Made by a program: the position numbers and the translations under genes. Below, piece after piece: positions 41,201-52,700 of a stretch of DNA of 64,000 nt; position 1 is the first letter of the stretch, and each line of letters opens with the position of its first letter. The notes beneath the pieces are model-generated. The model searched no databases, had not been told where the DNA came from, and was given only the letters and a program-made list of their open reading frames with translations. This DNA is from Styela clava (lineage: Eukaryota): NCBI RefSeq assembly GCF_964204865.1, contig NC_135252.1, positions 10,416,001 through 10,480,000 of the forward strand, in the 5' to 3' direction.

Positions 41201-44200
41201 CATAAATAAAACTAGCAATTTTTAATAGTTCTGTGGCCCACCTCAAAATATTACTGTGGCCCAGCAATGGGCCATGGCCCACTGGTTGAGAACCAGTGGA
41301 CTAGATTAATTAATTTTATGTTACAGGTAACATCGTTTATGAGCGTTCCTCCTATGCTCATGAAGATAGTGAAATCTTCTCTCATAAGCAAATATGATTT
41401 GTCATCTTTGCGAAACGTTGGTTGTGGTGCTGCTCCATTGCCAATGGACGTGGGCGAATCGGCTAAGAAAAAATTGAACTGCAATCTTAGCCAGGGTAAA
41501 TATATGGTATTTCTGTAGTATGTGAACCAAGATGGCGGACACGGGAATGTAGTATGTGTACCAGGTTAGGGTTAGGACATAATTTTATTCCAATTTTTCT
41601 TATTTTAGTTCTATTGCGAGTTTGGGGAGTAACCAAGAGACTCTCGTACTATTTGTACCTGAAATTATGGCCTAACCCTAACCTGCTACACATACTACAA
41701 TCCGGTGTCCGCCATCTTGGTTCACATACTTCGGGAGTACCAAATATATACCTTCATAAAGCTGATGAAAGCTTTACGAGATCAATAGAATAAGTATATT
41801 TAACAATATCAAAGTGGATGTAATTGTTTTTTGATTATTTATTGTAAATAATGTTTGGTAAAGAATGTGACATTTGCTCTGTAAGTCAATCATCACATGC
41901 AACTAAAAGTATGAGAGTGAGCTCGCACTTGACATAGGTTCTGAACTACGGGTTAATTTATTGTACCTTATGCTGAAGCAGTTGGGACAAAAACTTTCTC
42001 TTTGTTCAGTGTGCAATCACTTTATCTTTTACGTATTGTCATCAAATTATTACTAGTCTCTTTTTTGTTGCTGTTGTTAATTTTGCTAATTTGAAAACGT
42101 TTGCTATACCAAGTTACAATTTAGCTTTGGTTTTCATATATTAGAGGATTGTTTCATTATTTGTTTTCATATTCCGCACACTTTCTTTTTAAATATGAAG
42201 TTGGAATTGTTTGAATGACAACTCAACAAAACGGAGGATTAGCGATAATATATTGAATGCTAATATATATATTCTGAAGTTTCCATTGTGTTTAATATTT
42301 TACTTTCGACTGCAATGAGTATTATGCGCATACCAACTTGATCTTTCATAACAGGTTGGGGTCTGACGGAGGCTGTACCAGTTGTGATGACTCATGCATC
42401 TTATAGCCCGGTGAATTCAGTTGGAATCGTGTGTGCTAACACGCAACTCAAAGTATATTATTTATTGGTTGTTGTTGTTATTTCTTGGATAAATATCACT
42501 TTTATCATTTGTCGATAGATCGATTGTTTTCACATCCTACCTTTAAAATTCATCTACAATTTTATTGTTCTTTTCGATGAACTTTTTTTGGGCTCTTCGA
42601 TGACTTTATCTTCAATTTAGTTTTTCAAATTGCTTCAAGAAGGGCGTATCGTGGTGTGTGTACATTGGAAACAAAAAGTGGTCATGTGACTAATTATATA
42701 AAGTTTTTACCACACTTCACTATAATATTAATAAATAAATGGACTTTCACTACGTGAATGAGGTAATCAATTCTAGGATTAGAACAAATTGATAAATTCA
42801 AATCTTAAATTATTGCCTTTTATCAAAGCTATGTTGCTCTTTCATGAAAAAAATAATTAAATAGCTTTTTTAAAACACTTTGTTGTGTATGTTACGAGAT
42901 GGAATTTTTATTAAATCATATAAAACATCACTTACAGGTAATCGACGTTATTACTGGAAAAGAACTTGGACAAAATGAACATGGGGAACTGTGCGTGAAA
43001 GGGCCTCAGGTATGTCTAAAATCTGAGTCTATTCAGCGGCTATTTGCTCGAAAACTTGCATTAAAATTAGGAATGATGACATACACTTCATCTGTAATAA
43101 TTATGCATTTTTATTTTAACGTTTTCTTTGTACGATGAGTTTAATTCGGATTTAATTCTTTTTTTATTTGATTTTTTTCATTTCAGTATTTTATGGTATT
43201 GACGTTGACGACGTGGACAGTAATTATTGTACTATTAATACCATTGTAAAGTTTAAAAAACATTTTTCTGAGATAATTTTTGGAATTTTCGTATGTTTAC
43301 AAACAATTTGTTTGGCAATTGCAGTTTATTGTTACTGAAACCATTTAAATATCAGTAACATTAGCGCACAAAGTGCCTCATACATAGTTATATTGATCAA
43401 ATTACCAAAATTGTCATTACCTAGAAATAATAACATTGTATTGTTACATCTCAACTTATTAAAACGAATTTTGCAATTTGATTTATATCAATTATCCGTA
43501 CTTATGAGACGACTGTAAGCAAACTATTATATTAACCATTCACATGTCAAAATAGTGACATCTTTACCGACTTTTTGAATACTGACTTTTTGTCTATAAT
43601 AAGCAGGGCCGGATCATGTCTTTTAGAGGCCCTGAGCACTTGAGACTTTAGTGCCCTATAAATAAAAATAAGCAAACATTTTTATCATCCCGACAAATAT
43701 TGAAATTTGGATCGTCTGACCAACTCAGATAATTTTATTAAACACCGATGCACTATTGAAAATTCGTTTAAGAAAATTTCTATGGTAAACCCTCAAATTA
43801 ATTAGGATTGTGTAATTCTACAATTCGACGTTTAGGTCATGAAAGGATATTTCAAGAACCCATCATCAACTGCTGATACAATTGATGCGGATGGATGGCT
43901 TCATACTGGGGATGTCGGGTACTATGATGACAATGAATTGATTTATATTATTGATCGCATTAAAGAACTGATCAAATATAAAGGATTTCAGGTGAAACAT
44001 GTATATTATATATAACAGATAAAATATAATAAATTCAGCTTTCAATTTATAAAAATCGGGCATCTAAAAGCCATTCGTCAACTGAAATTCTTTTACAAAA
44101 AATTTGTTTTCAAACTGACATTGTTGGCAAAAAATGTAAATTTCATTTTGTATACAGGTTGCCCCTGCTGAATTAGAAGCGACACTAGTTGCCCATCCTA

Positions 44201-44739
44201 AAATTTTCGAAGCAGTCGTTATTGGAGTTCCGGACCAAGAGGCAGGAGAACTTGCAAAAGCATTTGTTGTTCCAAAAGATCCGAGTTTAACAAAAGAGGA
44301 GATCCACGAATATGTAGCTGGTGAGAGCCTTTGCGATTCCGCATTTTTGCTCTTTACATTTGTGATTTAAATTTGATTACTATATATTACGGCAACCATG
44401 CTATAGATTGGCAATGATAGTAATTCAGATTTGAAAAGTATCTTTTCGCCAACAATTCTTCACAAAACAATACTAGTATCTATTCTAGAGTAATCGAGTT
44501 TGTAACAAATATCAGACATTTGAGCATTAAATGGGAACTTTTTTTATTCGCAGTTCTTTAACTTTTTTCGTCTATCGTGGACGGTAATAAAAATGATTTT
44601 TTATTTACGTATTTTTAAAGGTAAATTGACAAAGTACAAGCACCTGCATGGTGGCATTGAATTTCGTGACAACATTGAAAAAACTCCCAGTGGGAAACTA
44701 TTGAGACGAAAACTACGTCAGAGCATTGCCAAAAACTGA
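38279..44739 (+). CDS. Luciferase/4-coumarate:CoA-ligase-like acyl-CoA synthetase, paralog C, lacking canonical PTS1, 520 aa
   Basis: 12 exons: 38279-38380, 38731-38938, 39208-39314, 39625-39697, 40169-40301, 40568-40730, 41327-41495, 42355-42452, 42938-43009, 43836-43991, 44158-44320, 44621-44739. Motifs: [65 protein letters not shown]; ends SIAKN* followed by in-frame TTA TAG. An upstream in-frame ATG lies at 38246. Confidence 0.95.
40991..41298. mobile_element. hAT (Charlie-type) MITE in intron 6 of paralog C
   Basis: TIRs CAGTGGTTCTCAA / TTGAGAACCAGTG; perfect TSD gactagat (40983-40990, 41299-41306); gtggccc repeats; a related copy lies at 62803-63116. Confidence 0.88.
41506..41741. mobile_element. 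Palindromic MITE with long TIRs (copy 2) in intron 7 of paralog C
   Basis: Arms gtagtatgtgaaccaagatggcggacac..ggttagggttagg / cctaaccctaacc..gtgtccgccatcttggttcacatac; the internal segment is the reverse complement of the 34704-34936 copy. Confidence 0.82.
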
Positions 44740-47480
44740 TTATAGCAAGCTTCATGGGGTGAAAAGTATTATTTATAAATTCTCAGAAAAAAATGAGGCA
44801 ATCCGTTATATCAAACTGCATTCTTTTATCATGCAATAACTAAATGTAGGGAGAAATACCTTTTAATTAATCCGAAATCCATTTAATCTCTTTATGATTG
44901 AAATCCTTAGCGCATCAGTTTATTATGGTTTGTCGAATGGAATAAATTTATGTCGATCAGTTCGTCAGTTTGAATACAATTCTAAAGCTCATGTAAATTT
45001 GTTAGTAGAAATGCAAAAGAAAAAAAAGAATATGTTTTGGACACAGAGATAAGTATGTTCAAAAATAAAATATAAATTTGATTACAGTATTTAGTAGAAT
45101 AGAGAGGCAACAGACAGCAAAAGTTTAAAAGTAGTGGCTTTGAAAATAAGTTCCCGCGAAATCCTCTTATTTTCTTGTGGGTTAATAAATTTGAATTCAG
45201 TTCGATAATTCTATCCTGCGCCATTTTCTTTTGATTTCTTTCTATATTGAAGTTAGACTATCATTAAATTTCTATGCCACATCACTGGTCGCATTTATAA
45301 TATAAAAGTGATAATGCATAGAATTTCATAAGTTCTCATTTTCATAAAATATGTTTTACAATTTGTTACTTTCCGCCTAATTATGATTATTGTTTGAAAA
45401 AATTTATGAAAATTTAATAATTTTTAAATAAAAATGGCATGATTCACAAAAATCTGATATTTTTAGTAGAGGAAACTTTTGAAGAAATTGAAGATTAGTG
45501 AAGTACTATTTAGTGCACAAGTTGACGTTCATGTAACAATTGTCGTTTTGCGCGGTTTCGTTACTATCATAAAGTAATATTCAGTTCACGAAAAGCGAAA
45601 GAGAATACAGTATAAAGAAGAAATCTTAAAATCCATCATTTTCCCAAAATTTTGACAAAAATTTCTTTTCGAAGATTTTCAGTAGTTAAATATGGAAGTA
45701 TCCCTTAAAAAGGAATTGTTTTTACAGTTTACATTTTTTCGCATGGATAGTCTTGGCCCCACATTTTTTACACAGAGTGTTGCTGTTTGCTAAAAAGCTA
45801 CGATTGGAGTAATTTTATTGAGAAAACCATGGGAAAAATTATTTCGTGATCTTCACAGAAAGTTGTGTCTAAAAATAAACTCAAATCTTTTGAAAACGTA
45901 GATGAGATGTATCTGTTGAATACAGTAAAGAATGTACATGACGTTGTAACAATGACAAGCAGATTATAAACAATTTAGTTGGGTTTTCGATGTGTAACAG
46001 TGATATATATTAAATAGACCACTTGGCATTATTCGATGACGATGTTTCGTTTTATACCTCTGTGAGGTTTTTCTTGACGCATTTGTTAGAGATGATGAAC
46101 CACAATGAGCTATTTGTGTATTATTCTGTTTTCACATGACACGTTTTGTCTGACTTTTACCTTTACTAAATAATAATTTCGCCATTTTGACGAAAACGTT
46201 TGAACTGCGGCAAAATAAACGATCATGGATATGGTTATAATTGAAAGTACATTTGACGCTGAAAATGAATAGCCTATACGGATAATTAATAGTATTAGAG
46301 TCTATATGACGTTAAAAGTTGGCCTTATTGTGTAATTAGTATTTTGACCAATTAAAAGTGGCAATAAACATTTTCGTTTTTTTTCATTTATCCGTCACTT
46401 GTACGAGTTGAAACACTTACAAAATTTTAATGACTTATAATTTCAACCTCAAAACGGTTATTGTTGGGAGATTATTAACAGATTCTTTCTCGTAATAATC
46501 AACAAAGGTTATTTTCGAAATGTCTATAAGAACCAGGCTCTTGAAATGAATTAATATTTCAAAGTACAGACAAAAATTATTACGAGGCTTTAATTAAAAT
46601 TTCTCTCATTTTAGAAATTCAGTGACTCATCTATAATGGGCAATTACAACGCTTTACGGACAATTTAAAACTTCTTTATATCGATTAAGAGATTATAGTT
46701 ATTCACAACGATGTGATGAAATCTATCAACGTTTCTGCAATTTCAAAGAAATTTTAACCAGTACTCTTTGGTACGTCGCAATTTGTGGTACCATTCATGT
46801 GAGCCAATTGTCACAGTTCTGCCGAATTTTAGTTAACTTGCCCATATTTATATCTGAATTATAGACATTTAGTTTTAGAGGTCAATATGGTTGTGTAACA
46901 GGCAGCATAAAATTTGAAGTAGAAAAGTTTATATTCAAATCAAAGATCTGAACAAGTCAAATTCTTTGTGTGAGCCAATTTAATTTTAATTTAATTCAGA
47001 TTAGGAGTAACGACGTAGGAACAATTTTAAGATTAATGCGGATAAATGGCACTTTTGAATAGCATAAGCATCTTTGTTACGTTATAAAAGAAATGAAAAA
47101 TGACTATTTTTTGTCATTTTATAAGTGCTTACGATTGATCATTAATTTTTTATTTACAAACCAAAAGGTAATTTTATACATTGGATTGCATTTTGAAACA
47201 GTGGTATTATAGATAAGCATAGTATACAATAGAATGTTGTAGTGTATCAGCATTATTCATACCTAACTTGGAATAAAACTAATATATATTTTTATATATT
47301 AATATTTTTTTAGTGTTAATAGTGTCTGTTGATTCGAACAAATCGATTTGTCTGAATATATGTTAGATGAGAGTGGGGTAAATGTACTCGCTTTATTGCA
47401 ATAAAGTATTTTTTATTCAATTTCTGCTTAATCTATATCAATTTTTCAAATAATATAGTGGATTTTAATGATGTGATATA

Positions 47481-47805
47481 CAAGTGATATAGCCAATTTT
47501 TTTTATGTTGAATTATATTTTCTCTTCAACATTGTGACACTGTATGTGTACACGACATTAAAAGTGTAGGTTTACGTTCAGTGTGCGATAAAATACGGGG
47601 AAAGCAAAAATTTTGTTTTGCCTTTTTTTATATAAGTCAACAAGCGATATAGCAAAGTCTTTTTGTGTTGAATGATATTTTCTCTTTAACATTGTGACAT
47701 TGTATGTGTAAACGACATTAAAAATATATGTTTACGTTCAGAGCATGTTCACGTTCAGCGTACGCTAAAGTGCGGAGAAAACAAAATTTTTGTTTTGACT
47801 TTTTT
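47481..47805. repeat. Diverged tandem duplication, two ~160-bp units
   Basis: caagtgatatagc..ttctcttcaacattgtgacactgtatgtgtacacgacattaaaa..tttacgttcag..ttttgttttg repeats from 47641 as caagcgatatagc..ttctctttaacattgtgacattgtatgtgtaaacgacattaaaa.. Confidence 0.85.
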
Positions 47806-49765
47806 GGACATAGAGTTTACGTTACACACTTGAACTATTAGAACTCAAGTAGCTATCACTTAGTGACATTAATTAGCCTTCGAAACTGTAGAGGCCCCTT
47901 GTATAAAACAATAAATAACAGCGAGCAAAATACGTTCGATAATATCTTAATTGACAAGTTGTGTAAATAAAAAAGTTTTGTTATAAAGTTCAAAATGGGC
48001 GTAAATTTTAGTTAAAGAATTTATGTTATCTTGTTTTAAATGTATAACTATATAAACAACATTCACATATAAACAAAGATATTTAAAAAAAGGAATAGTA
48101 ATGATAATGGGAATTAACGGTAACATTAACAACAATTCGGTGAGGATTCGTGATTGTTCGTAAAAATGGTAATGGTAAAAATATCAGAAGTACATTAAAA
48201 ACATTTCATAAACGTCAAACAAAATTGTGAGATATAGACAGATTTTGGGTAAATACTTCAAATTTAATGATATAAGCGATGAGTCAATTGATTAAAATAA
48301 TCAGCACCATTGTTTTTATGGATAGAAGTTGACGCTGTGGAAGCTCTATTATATAAGTGTTGAAATGAAGTCAATGGAATGCCTATATCTTTGTGCTATA
48401 TGATGGACACTTGATATCGCTTTGACATGTTTTAAAATGAATAAATACAATTGTTTTCCGGTATTGGTTCAGAATAAAATTTTAAATTTGAATATTAGTC
48501 ATCGAACTGTATATTTTCGAACAATGCACGTTGTCCTCCAATACGAAGCTGTAGTACTTTTTATAATACTCAATTATTTAATGATTACAGACACCTCACT
48601 CAATGTTGGTCTGATCCTGCGACATATATATATATATATATATATATTACACTGATTTAAAATGGATATCTTAAATCGTGCACTTTCCAAATAAATCCAG
48701 TACTTTGCATAGCAACATGTATGGCTTAAATGCCTCAATTGCACGAACTCAAATATCACACAAACTCAAATGCACGGAAACAAAATCTTAAGTTATCGAA
48801 CACAAAAGGCTCACTTGTTCGCACCATATTCGTACTGATCATTTATAAGGGCTTGGAATGAGACCACAACAATATATATTTCGACTTATATCAAAGTGGT
48901 TTGTTGGGAAAATCCTTTAGAATTCTGAATAACTTTTTGAACTTATACAGAAGAGATCATACAGGGCGTCAACACCGCATCCTCCTGCTAATCCCTCAAA
49001 ATCTTTCGGTGTTTATATCAATCAAAGGATTACACCATTTACCGGACTGGCCGTATAGTAATAGTTGCTTTTATATACTGAAATGACATAAAGAACAGCA
49101 GTTGAGGTTTTAAAAACACACCACCTACAGGCTTCCAAGTATCGCGTGAGTACCTGAAATAAGATGACACGTAATTGTTCTGCGTAAGGAAGATATAAAT
49201 GTCAAAAAAAATGGAGAAAAGTTCATCGTGGTATTCAGCGGCAGTTTAAGTAAACCTACTTTTGCATTATGTGTCGTCATTTTGGGTCACATATACATAT
49301 ATATTAAATTTGTTTACTGCTCCAAATAAAATTAACGTTTCAGGACTTCCGATAGTTTGCTATTTGAAATTTTTTTCATAATATATAGGTTAACGTTGTC
49401 GTATCGAGAAACCAGTACATACGCGCTTTAAATGAGAAATTTCAGAATGAAGTTTACAATTTTTGCATGCAAGAAAATTCACAAAAAGTATGACAGGGAA
49501 ATGTCTTTATCGAGAATGACGTGTAGAGGGTCAAGAACAATGTCGACGTAACATGATGTGAGGCAACAATAAACCGCAACAAAGGATCAACTTACGAAAT
49601 ATTTTATAAACGCCCATGGCGGACAGTTCGATGAAACCTTTGTTCCTGATCCTCGTTAAAAATAATTAAAAAATATCAACCTTGCCGAAATATTATACAA
49701 TATAGATAGATTAGCACGGTCAACTAATAATATATGCTTAAGTTTTAGAGTAATCATATAAAAAA

Positions 49766-52700
49766 ATGAGACCTAGCTTTTATATACGATTACTAGTAAT
49801 TGGAATATTTATCAGCTTATTGTGTTGTGTGCAACAGGGATACACGTTGCGAATACGTGATAAGAGGTTAGAAGGTAAGTCAAAATGCGATCACAATATA
49901 CGTTTTAGTCAGATAATGACAGCGTGTGAATATTTTTTATTGTATGTTTTTTTTTTACTTTTGCGCCTTTTGCGCAGTAAAATATATATACCGTTATCTT
50001 GAAATATTTTCTTCATTTTATTATGTAGTAATTATTATTATTTCAGTCTTCTCAATTTTATCAATGTTCAGATTTAGAATTGAGAGTTACGGGAGGTTCC
50101 AATGTAAAAAGAGGAGAGTATCCATGGCAGGCGTTGATCCTAATCAAAAAGAAAAATCAAGCCACTGGTACATTGACTTTATGTGGCGGTACATTGATTA
50201 GCACAAAATGGGTTATAACTGCAGCACATTGCGTTGAGTGAGTACATAACATATACGTTCTTCTACTGCTGTACGCCATCTTATTATGCGAATCACGCGG
50301 CATCATATTTTAAGTGTATACCGCAGTGGCTCCGAAATTTTTTAAAATCGTTACCCCCAAACTAAATTGCAGAAAGCTCAATTAACGCTTTTACAAAATT
50401 TCGATTTTAAACGATAATACTATATTCGGTTTCGCCTCCCAATCCAATTTTAAGATGCTGAACTTGTGATTGCTTAGCATTTTAGCCTGGCTACATTGTG
50501 ATGTAACACTGCTCATTGACTAGATGTGTACATTACACGTCCGACTATTTCCCAGGCTGTCGAAAAGAACGGGTTTTACAAAAGGAATTACTGAGACAGT
50601 GATCGTCTGAACTACCTCCTGATCAATAGGAATCAGTTTGGGAGCCATTGGTGTATACATTAGCAATGATTAAATATTATATATACTAATATACAATAAA
50701 TTATGTCCGACTGATTTGAGAAGGAGGGTATTAAACACCCTCGCCAATCCATAAACGGTTTCTGAAAAAAAATGATAGTGAACTTGATGAAGACTATTTT
50801 GTCGAACTTTTGTCCTACAACCTCAATAAGTTCCACATGTTAACAAGCAAGTAATTTGCTTATTCAGCAACATCAAGCCCGACCGCTAAACAGTTCGAAT
50901 TTTCCTCATAATTTCTGCAAAGAGTTATTACGCGGGCCCGTAGGTATTCACAGGGGTCCGCTTTTTCAAATATAAATCACATTTATTGCAAGCAAAGACT
51001 TCTGTTGACATAACATGAGTGTATATATTTAATTTGATTATAGTCCAATATATGCATGAACTTAGATAATGTCAGAAGCTAAAATCGAACATTTGTGATT
51101 CGTGAATCATCCTTCCTACACCTTTCCCTAGCACTTAGCACGATACACCAAACGTCAGATAAATTCTAAGTTGTAATGTGTTAGTTACACATTGTTTATT
51201 TTTAACTTTAATCCGTTCTAATGGATTATTGTGTGGTAGAATTTTTTATCTTAGGAAGTTACTTTGCAATTTTCAATTTAGAAATTACGCCAAAATGAGA
51301 ATATATTTTGGAGTATGGAATGTTACAAATCGTGTGGAAGTTGGAAGAAAATTATCAAGTGCAAAGAATGTAATTCCGCATCCTTGTTATGACGGTAAGT
51401 GGTCAATATATTACTTACTCTCATTGAGCTAATGTCGTCGGGAAAATAAAAAACTGAGGCGTCCCGTCAGCTGTGATCTGACTGTTAAATGACCAATACC
51501 TCACGTACGACAGTCGCCCCGATAGTACATTGCCCTATCGTTATTTGGGACGCATGATAAATTGTTTTCGCTTGCACACTCACTGTTTAACTGTCACTCA
51601 AAAATTTCTTGACTGTACTGATTCTGACCCCATACGTCACAAAACCAGCACGAGCGCCACTACGTCTGGTTACTCATGTCTAGTTTAAGTTAGTATTTGT
51701 CCACTTGCGATGAAATAATTTTATTCTACTATGTCGCTTTGATCTTTAATGACAGATCTGGATCGGAGTACCTCCGATAACTCGCGACCGCTTGAAACTT
51801 TAAACTGTTACGTTTTGATCTGCGTACAATTGAGTCTTCAGATTATCTACGTTTAGTCGCCTATTGTGCTGTCATCTTTGTTACAGCACATTAGGCTAAT
51901 TTTCTTCGAAAATTTGCGATATTAATTGCGATGGATTGTTGATCAATTATACTATGCGTAACGTTACCTTCGAATTGGCTGTACTGCGCATGTCTTGAAA
52001 ATACCAAATTTAGCATAACCTTTTACTCATTAAACGCATGGCGTCTGATATATCTGTATTTCAAACCCCAGCTACAGTCAGCAAAGTAACCTGCGATACA
52101 CCCACCCCATTACAAACAATTTATAAGCACATGAGAGCTATGCCCAAATATATGGACACGTTACCGATTCCAAGAAAAGCACCAACATTAAAAGACATCA
52201 GTTATAACAGTGAGTGCAAGCCCCGCTTTTACGAGACAGTTACGAGTTAGTTCAGTGTCACCGCGCTGTGTTACGGTACCGGAACTACCCTATCTTTAGA
52301 AGTTCCTGTCTTGTGACAGCGTGAATTGAAGTTGCAAGATGGTCCGACTCGCAACTGTAGTAACACCAACGATCCGAGTCACTGCTGTAATATAACACGA
52401 TATTCGGCGCTATTCGCCATTCCCCATTAACAAATCTTAGCAAAGCAAGGATTTCGTTACGAACCACCGACGTTCGATGACACGTGATCAAAATAATATA
52501 AAGAAGAGTGCCAGTATAAAAACAATGTGCAACTGCAGACGTCATTGCAAACAAAAACTAATCACAGTTATAACTAACAGTTATATTTGAAATAAACAAA
52601 AGTAATAACTTTCAAAAAAAAATTCCATCTTTAACCCCTGAAAATTTTGAAGAAATTGGTCCAATTATCAAAGAAAAAAGCGGTTTTGTAAGATTTCCAC

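Noticed and set aside
29761-43660. Single hAT-like termini at ~29761-29850, ~39000-39050 and ~43603-43660
   Set aside because: Only one end is recognisable and there is no TSD, so boundaries cannot be supported.
23787-44739. Calling the trio true luciferases or plant-type 4CL/horizontal transfer
   Set aside because: Pocket motifs (FHIYG, GAAPL, GWGLTE) differ from firefly luciferase (HHGFG, GGAPL, GYGLTE). The genes are intron-rich and compositionally native, and this family is widespread in animals. Function cannot be read from sequence.
45430-45900. Faint resemblance to a decayed Harbinger-type transposase (..FFRMD..)
   Set aside because: Multiple stops and frameshifts, no TIRs or DDE motifs recognisable.
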